This document shows positions 1 through 14,103 of a DNA stretch of 64,000 nt, piece after piece; the first letter of the stretch is position 1; each line of letters starts with the position of its first letter. The notes beneath the pieces were generated by a model. The model was given only the letters and a program-made list of their open reading frames with translations. It was not told the DNA's origin and did no database searches. This DNA is from Octopus vulgaris (taxonomy: Eukaryota). Both the position numbers and the translations under genes were made by a program. The stretch spans positions 10,292,001-10,356,000 of the forward strand of contig OX597832.1 in assembly GCA_951406725.2 (NCBI GenBank). The letters run 5' to 3'.

Positions 1-1957
1 TAAACGATGCTTTCTTCTTTTCAATACGAAATATAAACATCTGAAATTATATATTAATATATATATTAAATCTATATAGTGTATATTTTCAATGAGCATT
101 TGCTCTTTTAAAGCACTAAAACGTTTTCTTATACATATTTTACTGGTTCCAATGCACTGAACACTTTTTCATTTTTTCATATTACGAATCTTGTTATACA
201 AAGATGTCTATTGAATTTGCTGTGCGTTTTAGATAAATCTCTTTTACTCAGATTATTTTGTGTATTCATATTCGAAATTATAAGCCTTTCATCTATTCAT
301 GTTCTTTGATGCTTAGTAAAAATCCTATTTCAATATATCAGCATGTTCTTAAAGTCTGCATCAGTATTCACTATTTACATCACATAATTCCTCAGACGCA
401 TTATTATGTAACATAAATGTGTTCCACCATGACAATGAATATTGGAAATAAAGGAGGCTAATTTATATTAATTTATATATGTCTATATCTTAGAATACTC
501 CAACCGTTACGATGTTATATTTCTACACACAAACACACACACACGCATGTGGGTATGTATGTAAATTTAGAAAATATCTAGGACCAGTACATTATATATA
601 TCAGGATTTCAGGTTCCATTAAAACGTTCATCTTTCTCAGAATTTCTATTCTCATGTACGCCATACTGTTTCAGAAATCGGTCTTACTCTTCGAGGGCTG
701 CTGTGGAAACTACATATGCCGGAACAATACTAACAACAATGCTTCCCACAGAAATTAAACTCTCGACGACATTGCAATATTGGTTTTCTTGTAATGAAGT
801 TTAGTTTCCCAATTAAATTGCTCCGGTTTTCTTACAGCAGATAGGAATAGCTGGCATGTATCTTATTTCATAGTTCTTCATATAATGAACATTACGAAGA
901 GGTAATTGGAAGGATAATTATATGGTCCCGCTAGTATATATGTTTTTGGTTGTATTTGTCTCAATACTGGGATCAGAAAAAATTATGAGCACACCGACTT
1001 AAAGTGACGGTTCATTATTAATACCGGAATCGATCCTCATTTGACTCCAATGATAGTCATACATCGAGAAACTAATACCCATGTTAAAGAACTGTTAGCA
1101 GAATTTTGTACCATTATTCTAGTAAAATCGACATGAGCTCTTTTATTTCAGAATGCAGATTCACAATGCTGATACACATGCAGATCCAGAATGTTCGCTG
1201 AATTTTCGATCATATTGCAATCCTGCGATTGGAGGAGGGTAAAATAATCTCTTTTGATAAGTATGTACAAATATCGGCGAATCTTCCCTCAGTATTTACG
1301 TTTCATTAAACAAAACAATTTGCCGAGAGGGATGGGCATCATGTCCAGATAATAGCTGGTGTTAACTCGGGAGCAAATGTCAAAGATAATTCCGAGATGT
1401 GTCTGACGAAATCAAAAAGCAAACTTTCTGAACTGATCGCTGGCGACAAACGCATTGCTACTGACAAAATAAAGACAAATATAAAGAATGAAAGGTGAAA
1501 AGTTTAATATGACACATAACCCAACATTTCATTGGCGAGGCATACTATTATCTGTCATTAAAGTATTCAGGAAAATGTCTCAAGTTTCATCGTTATATCA
1601 GCAATGACAGAAATGCTAAACGTGATTTATTTATTCTTGATAATAACACTCTGATACAGGGCCTTCAAGAGAAATTTAGCAAGGTGGTACAACACCATGT
1701 CGCTGCCTTGAGGTAGACACCGATTTTTCCCAACATTGAAAATGTGATGTCTAGTAAACCGACATGTAAACTCTCGTGAATGCTTTATTTCCATGATCAG
1801 ATATAACATAATATAAAACAAAAACATTTTTTCAGTTAATGCAGCTGCATAAATCAATATTTGCAGTTGAATTCACCGATCACCCTTTCGGACATTTCAT
1901 AGGTAAATGCGTTTTAAAAAGTGAAAAAAAAATTAGCATTTAACTAGAGTACTAATT

Positions 1958-2226
1958 TGTGGAGGAGCGTGGCTTAGTGCTTAAGGTGTCAGCACCATGA
2001 TCATAAGATTGTGGTTTCGATTCCTGGACCAGGCGACGCGTTGTGTTATTTAGCAAAACACTTCATTTCACGTTAATCCAGTCCACTCAGCTGGTGAAAA
2101 TGAGTAAAGCTGTGATGGACTGGCGTCCTGTCCAGCTGAGGAACACATACACCATAGAAACCGGAAAACCGGGGCCCATGTCGTTAAAAGGCTATTCTTT
2201 AAAAGGGCGCATTTATTTATTTTTAT
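1958..2226 (+). mobile_element. tRNA-derived CORE-type SINE nested in the hAT element
   Basis: A box TGGCTTAGTG, B-box-like GGTTTCGATTCC, CORE-like TGTTATTTAGCAAAACACTT...CACTCAGCTG, (ATTT)n tail. 13-bp TSD TAGAGTACTAATT at 1945-1957 and 2227-2239. Confidence 0.88.
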
Positions 2227-2244
2227 TAGAGTACTAATTAAAAT

Positions 2245-3610
2245 GTCTTTTGTGGCTTTTTTGTTTTCAAAATTTCTAATAACAATATCAAAAACAGTTT
2301 CCCTGGCAATCACAGTTTCAATACTCGCTCGTGCTAGATCAAGAAGTCTGGTTTAACACATAGTAGACCTGAAATATTTTTTCATAAGTTTGAAATTACT
2401 AAAAGATATTTTACCTTCACGTGATGTCATTGTAGCTGGAATTGTCAACAATATCCTTAAACTAATATAGACATTTGCAAATATACCATGCGATTTATAG
2501 TCCGTTAACAAATTTTACAATTCTAGAGATTTCAGTCCTGGTTTTTGCCAAATTAGCTTTATGTACTTATGTCGAATGCTGCATTTCATCTAAAAATGTT
2601 TGCCATCTGCAGTGTATTGATGTGCAAAACATTTTACTTTATTTCATAGCTCATTTTTTGTCACTGAGAGATTGTGAGTTATTCCCATAACTAAACATCA
2701 AAATTTTCAGCCAACCTCTTAACAGCATTAAGCTTGCAACAACGTCATTAATCAAAATATAAAGCACATTCTTTTCTGAAATAGGACCGTTCTGGGTAAC
2801 CATACGTACCATCATTTCCGCCAGGTTGGCGCCAGGTGTGCTTGCGTCATCGTGCTTCATTATTGTTTTCCGATCCATGACTTCACGCCGATGGCAAAGT
2901 TTGATTATCATCTAAAGATTCAATACAACCTTTTTGGCTTTCCATCGGATATTTTTTCATTTCAATAAATCTTCAAGGAGAGTATCAATTTGGACACCTC
3001 CATTGTGGCAACTCTGACTTGAATCACCTTGTTGCAAATATCTATAGAAGCTAAAAATTCGTACCGAGCCGTCGACATTACCACACGAATAAAATATTTT
3101 AAGAATGCTAATACTCTATTTTATCCTTTCCTTTGCTGTTACGTTAAGTTCTAAAAGACCTAACAATGCTAACGATATCCCTGTAAGGTGTGATGCAGAA
3201 GGTTTGATACATTGAATCTATCCGACCACCTGGTTTCTGACATGCTATGTAGAGAATAACCTGTGAGCGTTTGAAGTAATTCCCATCGATTTGCACTGGA
3301 CCGAAACAAACTATACATAATATGAACTGTTCCAAAATGCCATGACTTCTTGTAGGAACGTTGCTGCATCGTTTCCAAATAAATTGAGAGGATGACATCC
3401 ACATGGCGAAAAGATAGCCACTGAACACTGCTCATGTATTTTTGCTTGAGTGTCATTGTACTTTCTTGCAATGATAGCGGCATTGTCATGTGCTTGCACC
3501 CTGCAGTCACTCAAAGGAATGACATACTCTTCTAAGGTGTTCCTGATTAACTGAGCAATATCACCCCTGTTCATTGCTGCAGTCGACAAACATACGAAAA
3601 CAAACATGCA
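2245..3610 (-). pseudogene. hAT transposase pseudogene
   Basis: Motifs CRVQAHDNAA..KYND.QAKI..AIFSPCGCHPLNL (YDNA/CxxH region), SETRWSDR, and C-terminal dimerisation motif FANVYISLRILLTIPATMTS..SFSNFKLMKKYFRSTM..RL..LA..SIE (about 2320-2490). Multiple frameshifts and stops. Confidence 0.9.
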
Positions 3611-4049
3611 AATATTATTGAAGTAATCACATTGAAAACTGTATCCTCGGATGTCTGCTCCAAGATCTTAACCTGTGTTACAAATACTACGCATAAAATC
3701 CTGGTGAAAACAAGTAATATATATAGCGGCACATTATGATTTAAAACTTTCGGTGTGCGCTAGTCATATCATTGCGCTAATTTACGCATTTATGTATCAA
3801 TTCTGGGATGTAGGTAGATACACTTGGTATTGCCATATGTCTATAAAACTAGGCTTACAATAATTGATTATAATTACTAATAAAAAGAAATAAGTGTGGT
3901 GGGATAAGTATAGTGATTTTTGTTTGTGAATGTAAGTGTTCATCGAGGTTGGGTACTACAAGTTATTGTATCAATGATAGATGGATGTTGCATGGTTGTT
4001 GTGGGGCTCTTCCTAGCTCTTAAAACCTGCTCTGATAGTCTGCAAATGT

Positions 4050-4890
4050 CGGATATGACTTAAGTAACTTTTTGATTTAGTTCATTCAGTCTAGTTCGAA
4101 AGATTCTAGGTTTTTGGAATGAAGGTTGATATTATATAGTTTGTATGTTCATAACAGGAAACGGTTTTCAATAGATGATAAATATGGAACGATATAGTAA
4201 GGCTGTGGTGTACTCGATGATTAGCCAATAAGAATTTAAGACGAATGCAATATATTCGAAGAAATTAATCCTTGTATGTATCTCAACCCGTGATTGGAAC
4301 CGATTTCCGTTGCGGTAGTGAAATAACAAATTCGATGAATGATCAAATAAATGCATTTGACAGAAAAATGAGAAAACTTCTTTCTTATGCATAGAACACT
4401 TCATCCGAAAGTAAATATCAGCTGTTGATATACGAGATACGATTGAGAAACTGATTAATATCGTAATTTATGCGTATGGACATTAAAAGTCAGTGAGTCA
4501 GTCTCTAACAAAGAATGAAGAATTTCCTTATTAGATATGAGTATTAATTTTGGCGAACCTGGGCAGATGAAAGTATAAGCAATCAAAATAAGTAGGAAAA
4601 CTGGAAACAAAAGCAGACGCGAAGATTGTTTGAGAGTTCCATAATGATACAAAAGATTTGAGTCATCATTGGTGTATTTCAACCTCGTAATTTAAAGACA
4701 GGAAGAGAGAAAGCCCTGATGTCTATAGTAGATGAAGCACCAAATACTGATTCAGTGAATAAGGGTTCTTATTCTACTGCATCAGCAAAAGGTAAACTTT
4801 CCTGGTACAGGATATGTTAAAACAAATCGTACATAAATAAATATAAAAAGCACAGTGATATAGAAGGCATTCGATTTATCGGCATCACCT
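4050..4890 (+). mobile_element. Highly decayed R4/Dong-like non-LTR retrotransposon fragment (post-RT region)
   Basis: INAFDRKMRKLL..MHRTLHPK (compare KIDRKTRKIMT..HPKSD in the 44-48 kb copy) and NLKTGRE.ALMSIVDEAPNT (compare LKAETEGFLIAAQDQSL). Confidence 0.65.
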
Positions 4891-5088
4891 TAATTACTTT
4901 GCCTGCAGAGATTAAAGACTTGTTTTATATATGTTCTATATTTATACATAAACGACATTACGATGGCAACTACCATCCTCATATATGTGTGTGTGTGTAT
5001 GTGTGTGCACACGTGTGTGTGTGTGTGCATGTATGTCTGTGACAGTAGCCATGTGTTTATATATGTGTGTATATAAATATATACATAT

Positions 5089-5152
<64 letters not shown>

Positions 5153-6468
5153 ACATACATATACATGTACGTGTGTGTGTGTGTACGCGTGCGTGTGTAT
5201 AATTTTATTTGTATGCGTGCTTCTTTGTGAGAGCTTACGTATATGTTTCTGCCATTTTTATGAAGATCGATAAGAAAACAAATAATGGCTCGTTTCCTAT
5301 TAATTTGCTTGTGGTATTTATTTCGCAAGTGTTAGACATTGTATCCCTGCTCCATCCTACCATCGTAAAATCTATATATTATGGGTCGGGAAAACATTTT
5401 ATGAATAACATAAGTAATTTATGATATCAATAAGGAAATCATAAACCATGTAGTTACACCTATTTGTAAATTAGGAGAATGAGATTTTGATGAGATAAAG
5501 AGGATATGTTCGGTAATGAATATTCATGGAAAGACATTTAGTCTTTAGAATCGAGCTAAAGCGTAAAAGCAGCTATGAACAGATTAACGCTTGGTGAATT
5601 CGTGTTTCTGCTGAGGTCGGGAATTATAAGATTGGTGTAGTAAATTTCCAAAGAAATACAATAGAAGAGCTGATAGGAGAGATAAGGAACATTGTAATTT
5701 GAAGGAATAATGGATGATATTCAGGAGTAAAATTCATGAAGCGTTATCTAGGGAGGAAGGCTATTCGTGGACAAGAAATGAGAATATGTAGATAGTTTAT
5801 GTGATATTAATGTATAGATTTCAGTAAATCATTTTCACGTATCAAAGCAAATCAAGCTGAAAACACATGATTGAAATTTTGATACACTCCGAACAAAGGC
5901 GAATGCAATATGCAACACCATAGCAGTTCAAGCTTGATAAAAACCGAACACTGCAGGTCAGTAAAATACAACAGTATGTTGATATTCTGTTGTTGTCGTT
6001 GTCGCTGATCTTGCTGTTGCATACTCTTGTACAGCTGGTATTAGTTTCTGTTGTTGGAGTGGAATCATTTTTCTTTGCGTGTGGTGTGGGATGTGTTGTT
6101 GTCGTGCTGTTTATCGCAATCGTTACTACACTTGTTATTCATGCAGACACGCGTGAGCCCTAATTACAATTTATGGAGAACTCAATATATATTAGGACTT
6201 AAAATGTGTATTTCATCCCACATGATGAGCAGTTGAACATCGTAATGTCTCCCAAATAGAATATAAGCATTTTATATTATTCACTTTGAAAAGCCTACGA
6301 ATTGATTTCAGTGAAATAGAAATTCCACCAAGAACTTCCTGTTTTAGAAACCGAATCCATAACGGTACAAAGTAGTTATTAAATCGTAATGAAGTTGACA
6401 GTATTTCTCTGTTGTGTGATGCTAACCTTATCTTTTCTAACAGAAGACTCAACCACTACTCATGTATG

Positions 6469-6513
<45 letters not shown>

Positions 6514-7275
6514 ATTTCATCAATTACTATTAAAAACAACATATATATATGTATATATATATGTATTTCATCAATTACTATTAAAAACAACAAAAACATT
6601 TTAGATACACGTAGAAGAATTAGTTACTTAATAATATACATAATTACTTTTATGTACGCACATATTTTATTTTGGCATGTTTTGATGACAAGAGACTATC
6701 TTCGACATAAAAATGTTTCAATTAATATGTGTTTGAGATATAATGAAGTGAATTTCGCTGGCTGTGGATTGAAATTTCTTAACTGTATCGTTCTTTGAAA
6801 TATATTATGCGTTTATATGCATGTACACTTGTGGACTTTGCTATGATGTAAATCAATATTTTTCATTTTATATGTATTTGCCGATCTAAAATATTTTGCA
6901 TTGTACTGTATTATTATTATTGTTGCTGTTGCTATTATGTTGCTATTCCAATATATTATGCTGTTGATGTATTCTACCTGTTTTTTTTTCCACATAATAT
7001 GTACTGTGAACCGCGTGATGCATATGTTATTTTGCTGGTATTATTGTTATTAATAATAATAATAATAATAATATTAGTAGCAATGGTGGTAATGGTAATA
7101 ATAATGATGGTAATATTAATGGCATTTTGTAACTTAATATAATGAACTCTTCACTTTGTATATGTGCATTTGAATATAGTTATGTGTATGTTTGTATATT
7201 GTAATATTCTAATATATGGATTTGACCAACTGTAACCTTGAATATAGAACATATGTATGTATACTGTTGTATATT

Positions 7276-7315
<40 letters not shown>

Positions 7316-7452
7316 GCACTATATATATATATATATATATAGGAGCATGGGTATATGCACTCATATGTATGTGTATATAATATATTATGGGTATGTACCC
7401 ACTCTTCTATGGGTGTACCTCCTCTGATATTCATATTTAGATTGTACTTTAT

Positions 7453-7581
7453 AATCTCTGAAGAGGCCTCGGGATATTTTTGTAAGTGTCTCATTTATAA
7501 CCACATATTAACTTATCACACCTGGCTAATATGAACATAATGAGATACCCATATCTACATGGCTGAAACAGCTGTAATATG
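7453..7581 (+). ncRNA. Type I hammerhead ribozyme-like motif with extended stem II
   Basis: CTGAAGA (7458-7464); stem II GGCC/GGCT enclosing about 90 nt with internal pairing GTGTCTCATT/AATGAGATAC; GAAAC-AGCT-GTA (7565-7576) with palindromic stem III ACAGCTGT; stem I ATCT/ATAT has one mismatch. Confidence 0.65.
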
Positions 7582-7865
7582 TAGTTTATATTTATATTTA
7601 TTTATATTCACTTATACATATTGTACTTATTGTATCATATTACTCATTGATGTGCGTTGTTTTGTTCCGTACTATTATATTTGACCTTGATGTTCATATG
7701 TAGTGGGTTAATAAATTATGTGATTGGGTATTATCTGGTAGTTGATTATTGATTAAGGTGTATTTCTCCATTTTCTTATTTTGTATATACTGTATATATA
7801 TATGTAGATAAGAAAGTTGGTTTGTGAAAGCACGTGGGTGAATATATAGAAAAAAGTAAAGAGGG

Positions 7866-8593
7866 AAAAAACTACAGAAGGCTTAAATGTTAAAAAATAT
7901 ATATATTTGCGTCAATATGTCTGAAGAATATTAGAAAATTAAAAAAAAAATTGTTTTTCTCTTATAATGACATAATTTAAAAGAAAGACCGGTTTCGCGT
8001 GTAGCTTTTAAAATTTCTTGCGACGTTATGTTTATGTTGAATAGAGTTTTCGTTATGTTTGTGTTTAGGAGAGTTCTAAGTAAGGGAAGGTAGTGAGTGA
8101 TTTCTTCCGGTGTAAGGGAGATAATCGCTTAAATTTTTTTTCCTTTCCCTTGGTGTGAATTTCTCTGTATCAGTATGTTCGGATGGTTGAGTCTGGGCTT
8201 GTACTTTTCAATGAAGAAGGTTTCCTTGTTTAGTCTAATTTGTGTTGATGATCCGAAAGCACATTGGTAAAATGGAAAGATTAAAAATTGTGGTAGTAGT
8301 TGTTTTGCGCATTTCTCAATGTGCTCACTAAAAGGTATCATTCTATATTCTGGGAATGCAATCTGTTGTCGATGCAGTGTGCTGAACTCTCCTGAACATA
8401 AACATAACGAAAACTCTATTCAACATAAACATAACGTCGCAAGAAATTTGAAAAGCTACACGCGAAACCGGTCTTTCTTTTAAATTATGTTATTATAAGA
8501 GAAATTTTTTTTTTTTTTCAAATTATCTAATATTCTTCAGACATATTGACGCAAATATATATATTTTTTAACATTTCAGCCTTCTGTAGTTTT
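7866..8593 (-). mobile_element. Penelope-like element 3' fragment (GIY-YIG C-terminus) flanked by inverted pseudo-LTR
   Basis: About 210-bp inverted repeat (7866-8076 vs 8384-8593). Spacer encodes TLHRQQIAFPEYRMIPFSEHIEKCAK..FLIFPFYQC..RLNKETFFIEKYKPRLN, typical of the PLE endonuclease end. Arms contain GAAACCGGTC. Confidence 0.82.
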
Positions 8594-8625
8594 CTCTTTC
8601 CTTTTTCTCTCTCTTTTCTCTCTCT

Positions 8626-8671
<46 letters not shown>

Positions 8672-8674
<3 letters not shown>

Positions 8675-8942
8675 TTTTAGCCGAAACTAGTTGTTGCACT
8701 TTTACGGTGTCTATAATTATTTATATAATATTATGCTATGTTTTATGGTATTTATTATATTCATAGTATTTAATATACTTTAAATTAAATAAATTATTGA
8801 ATGACAATAGAGTATCTCTATATTTTATCTACTTTATTATCTAATTATAACAATATTTGTATGGTATCCAACTGAAATACGAGTGAATTAGATGCTTAAC
8901 ATACCTCTTTCAAGGATTTGTCTTCCTCAATTTGTTACTGTG
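8672..8942 (+). mobile_element. PLE pLTR-like fragment between (TA)n tracts
   Basis: Begins with the 3' half of an HHR-like motif GCC-GAAAC-TA-GTT (palindromic stem III) directly after (TA)n and ends at another TA run. Confidence 0.45.
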
Positions 8943-11159
8943 TATATATATATATAACCAGTATTTCGAAGTTGTACTGCCCTAAAATTCCCACGGGTCC
9001 TCGCATTTTTCACCTTCACTCTCCTGGGAGTTTTCTTGTCATATATAATACTTTGAGTGTCTAGGACCGCATCCTGAAGACAAATGTTTCTCATTTCGGG
9101 CCGCTTCTTCTTTCACCTCCTCCAACAGCTGCTGACATACTACAATTCTTAAATAATGTCCATAATTTATCAACCTACACAAATCTGAAACGGAATCGAT
9201 GCTACACACACCGAAGCTGGACTGCATCAAGAAAACTCCGTCTGACTGGCAAGCTATTACTTACGAACATACTCCCTTTCTAGACCGATACTGCGCTCTC
9301 TCCAGTTATTCCATTTCCTAGCGCAGATCTCATCGTCTCTGCAGCTATTATGACCGTAGCTACACCAATCTTTTGCTCAGCTAAACTTATCCCGATATCT
9401 CGTCGACTATTTTGTTGTTGTCAATATTCCAAGCCGTGTCTTGCCATTAGATCAGTTCCCTGGAATATTATACCTGAGCATGTAGGCTTTTAAATATAAT
9501 GTTCATCATGTCAATCTTATTATTTACAGAAAGTATGCAAATTTATGTATTTTGATCCATATAGATATAAAAAAAAATTATGTAGTAGAATTTCAGCGAC
9601 TTTTTCGGACATTTAAATAGAGAAAGGAAGTGAACACTAGATTTCATGATTGAATAATGCAGAATGTTTGAACGTATCACGGAAAACTGCAAATCTGTAT
9701 TGTACGCTAATATTTTTGTGTAACACGTCAGAAAGTAACATGTACATTATATAAGCATATTCAATATTTCTGATTGCATTGATATTTTCAGTATATTATT
9801 GGCACCACAAGAAAACTTTCGCATCGAATTTGTTATGGTAATCATTATTAGCATCTTGATGTCTCTATGTTCCTTTCCTATTCTCAGGACTGATAAGTAT
9901 TATTATGAACCTAACATATTGCGAATGTCCAATAAGCGAAAAAGTTTTCAAGTGCAAATTTTCACTCGTGCGAAATACCACATTCATTCCATACGCATGT
10001 CTACATGAAATTACTTTATAAGAATTTCTAAACATAGGCCTATTCACACTCTACAAATATAATAATATCTATATAGTTGAAACAAGATCCAAAATGGTAT
10101 GCTGTTGATCTCATTAAAGCGTAATAAAATTGGTTAAATACTACTGGTTATTTCATTGGGCACTGTAAATTAATATACACGTCTACACTTCTATGTATCT
10201 ATATTACAGGTGGAACTGTACAATATTTACTACGAGAAGAATTCAAGTAAATGTATTAATCTGCTCCGGAGATCTGCTAGCATTAAGGAAAGAAAAAAAA
10301 ATATGAAATTCATAAAGTATCAATCTCTATATTTCGTACTAATCCAACATCGTTCAATACATGAGCTATCGACTTTAGAGAACAAAATACTACAAATATT
10401 AGCAAACGGGAGACTCTAGTTAAATAATTATTGAAATGTAGCGCTTGTAAGTTAGTCTCAATACTGAATCTGTTCCCTTCTTTCTATCATGTAGCACCGC
10501 GAATTGTTCAAACAGAAAATTAAAATTCCCACACAGAACACTGTATCAACAGCAAATGTTCTCACATTTCATGGAAGTATTGTCTTTCCCGTTCTGATAA
10601 GTTATTATATTCTCTTAACTACAAATATATAAAATATTGCAATCGTATCTGTTAAATATGATGTACAATGCAGCTTACCACTATTGATACATCATCTCGC
10701 TATTAACGCAATTGTTTCAGATCCCATCCTCATAATAGAAAAATAAATCAATGAAATTCCACATTGTTTCAATCTCATAATGATATTTTTTGAACTTCAG
10801 TTTAATTTAAATATGTTGAGGTTCGTAAATATGCATATTTCAGAAATATACACAGCTGCGTGCACACGGGGTGATACGTAGAGTCTATAAACACTCACAT
10901 TAAACGACAAATACAAACATGCGTATACATGTGTAGATAGATAGAGGGATTGGTCGATATATAGATACATACCCGAAAGTAACAGCAAACGATCTCTGTG
11001 TGAAATGCCCGTTGTAGACCAGGTTTCTGCTGCTAGAAGCCAATACGTGCAACCCTGAGACATCGGTCTGCAGATCGGAGTCTTCGGTAGGGGTCCTACT
11101 AACACGTGGTGTCTCTTAGTTCTGTAGTGTGGTAGTGTCTGTGTGCGCGTGTGTGTGTA

Positions 11160-11266
<107 letters not shown>

Positions 11267-12074
11267 TCACTTACAATATTCGATGTGAAAATGGCTCACG
11301 AGCGTAGGGTGTTCAATTCAAATATTCTGCATTATTTCACATATATAAAAACGACCGGATTAAAGTTGAGATCTGAATACTATGTTAGACATTTAGTGTA
11401 AGGCAATAACACTTTCTTTGAAAAGGGAAGCATTTCTGAAACTTTTATTATCTTATTTAATCATTAGATATGCGCTAACATGATATACCCTATCTTAGTT
11501 TTCATTCATTGACGTGAGCTGAAACATTTTGCTTAAAACCTCATCAGAATTGTTTTAACTTTGTATGTATTTATTCAACTCATATGTGTACCTAAGCGGT
11601 CTGCTATAAATACGATTGATTTTATGCAAATCAGAAACGCACACCTAGTTTAGGCAATGCAATATATAGGAAATTTAGAATATTTTAATTTTAGTGCAAT
11701 ACACATTTGCTTGAAAATTAGACTATTGCAGTGGATGTTGTTTCGCTTTTCTCTCATTTAATAGGCAGTTGCGGAGATTTGTTGCTTAGATTGAAACACA
11801 AATTATTGTTTCTAGTGTGTCAATTCATTCTACAGTATATAAAATCGTTTTTTGCATTGTTTTTAGCTTACTGAATTTAATAGTACATTAAAATTGCTAA
11901 GAGAATCCATGTTATGAATCTTACTTAAATTTAAAGAAATAATAGAAATAAATAAATACTTAGCACATTTAAGTGGGGTATATAAAATTTTCTACCGTCA
12001 AAATAACATTGAAAGATCTACACACATATATGCGTGTGTGTGCATTCGTGCGTTCGTTCGTGCGTGTATGTGTG

Positions 12075-12118
<44 letters not shown>

Positions 12119-12925
12119 CGTCCTACACTAATATATATTCTACACGGCATTCCAATGTTTATATGTCATCTTTAGCTATCTAGGTTACTTTTAACTGCAA
12201 CTCAGATAAGACCGTCGTCATATTCAGTATAATCATCGAAACATATACTTATTGATATAGTAACATATTAAGAATGTTTTCGATTTAACAGTAATTATTA
12301 TACACATCAAAACTGAACAACAAGAGAAAGTGTTTTAATGACAGTTATCTTTTATGTTGCTGACATAGTTTCATAACATACTATTTCTGTAATATTTTTT
12401 TTCTCTTAATATTTTCAAAAGAAATTATAGAAGTGGTAACATCTAAAATGTTTGAAGGAGAAATTATGATGTGCGAAGGACGTACTACCCACCGAATCTC
12501 TGTTTCCATTTCAACAGCCAATAAATATTCAATAAGAAAAGTAAAGCTTTCTATACAATTTTGGCTGAATAGACAAAGAATATTAGTACGAATTCTACAC
12601 TACACTGGAATAAAAAGAGAATAATATATTACAAGCTATCCTGAAATGACACTAGATGGAAAAAAATGGAGGCTATCAAGTACAGAAAATAATATTTAAA
12701 AAGAAATTTGTTGTTGCTCTAAGAAAACTGATCGATATATTTGGCAAACATAAATGTACGAGTTTTTGCGTTTGCGTGCATGTGTGTGAGCGATCATGTA
12801 TATGCGTGCGGGTGTTTGTGCGTGTGTGGGTTGAACTTGTGACCATCAATAAACATCACAGTTATGCTTTGTAATATCATGTGTATCTAAATGTGAATCT
12901 ATTTAACTATCTATCTATCTATCTA

Positions 12926-13017
<92 letters not shown>

Positions 13018-13330
13018 CCACACACACACACACATATACGACGGATTCTCAGGTCGAAGACAAGATATGAGCATTAACACTTTGGCTAACGACTCGCACA
13101 AAACCGATTTGATCGCAGTGAACACTTGTTCGAGACGCATATTACCTCATTCTTTCTGTTAAATCGACGTCGTCTCAACAGGTGTACATTATACCTTGCT
13201 TCAGGTGTCGAAGTGATCTCGGATCAACTTGAGATGAAGTGTTTCGCTCTATAAGAAAATGCACCAGTAGGTCTGGGAATTGAATGTCCTGATGTAAGGT
13301 GAGTGCAACACCTTACCATTAAGCCATTCA

Positions 13331-13632
13331 TGGAGGCACATGGCCTAGTGATAAGGCCAGTGGACTCGCGGTCGAGGGATCGCGGGTTCGAATCTCAGAC
13401 TGGGCGATGTATGTGTTTATGAGCGAAAACACCTCAGCTCCACGCGGCTCCGGTAGAAGGTAATGGCGAACTTCTGCAGACTATTTCGACACAGCTTTCT
13501 CTAACTCTTTCCTCCTGCATCTTGCAGCTCACTTGCTACGGACCGGCATCCCGTTCAGGTGGGGAATCTATATGCCAAGGAAACCGGGAAACCGGCCCTT
13601 ATGAGCCAGGCATGGCTCGAGAAGACACAACA
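13331..13632 (+). mobile_element. tRNA(Arg)-like-headed SINE (octopus OR-type)
   Basis: A box TGGCCTAGTG, B box GGTTCGAATCTC. Body shared with the 20637-21022 SINE; tail GAAACCGGGAAACCGGCCC shared with the 1958 SINE. Confidence 0.85.
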
Positions 13633-14066
13633 TTCATGCATACATACATACGTATATGTGTGTGTGTGTTGGTGCATGTGTGTGTGTGTTTAGTGTGTGC
13701 GTCCATGTGTGTCTGTGTGTGTGTCAGCATGTGTGTTTGATGAAGATTTGTACCGCAGAAGAAAGCATTTTTATTTTCTTCTATTGAAATATTCGAAAAA
13801 TTTGCACTTTTCTATGTTTTCAGGAATCATCATATGAACATTCCGATAACATTGATCTAATTACAGATAAGTGTTTCCTTCAAAACATAACTGAGGATAT
13901 ATCAATATTCCTGCCACAATCATCATTCAGGCCCTCTCTACAACTATCTCCTCTCAAAAATATATACAAATGTGTGTTAGCAGTGCTTTATTGTGTTTCT
14001 GTGTGTGCGTGAATGTGAGTGTAAACATATAGAAAGATATGCATATAGATGAGAAAATATGTGTGC

Positions 14067-14101
<35 letters not shown>

Positions 14102-14103
<2 letters not shown>

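Larger units (their letters stand above)
1657..4029 (-). mobile_element. hAT-superfamily DNA transposon (ZMYM1-like transposase), decayed, with TIRs and 8-bp TSD
   Basis: 8-bp TSD CTCTGATA at 1649-1656 and 4030-4037. Imperfect TIRs CAGGGCCTTCAAGAG (1657) and reverse complement CAGGTTTTAAGAG (4029). Internal hAT transposase relics on the minus strand. Confidence 0.88.

Noticed and set aside
600-1450. Unique sequence with short open frames (e.g. MVPLVYMFLVVFVSILGS)
   Set aside because: No recognisable domain, frequent stops and no coherent splice structure.
4700-4795. Apparent plus-strand exon ending AAG/GTAAAC
   Set aside because: Better explained as decayed R4/Dong LINE coding sequence.
5450-5800. 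Possible decayed LINE endonuclease on the minus strand
   Set aside because: Motifs are too degraded to support a call.
6512-6592. 30-bp direct repeat around a TA-rich spacer (CRISPR-like look)
   Set aside because: Only two copies in eukaryotic microsatellite context with no cas genes; a simple slippage duplication.
9040-9450. GC-richer stretch resembling an old retroelement or exon
   Set aside because: No diagnostic motif identified in any frame.
13331-13410. tRNA-like sequences at SINE heads (also 1960, 20950, 27221)
   Set aside because: They continue into SINE bodies and tails, several with TSDs, and have no proper acceptor stem, so they are not tRNA genes.
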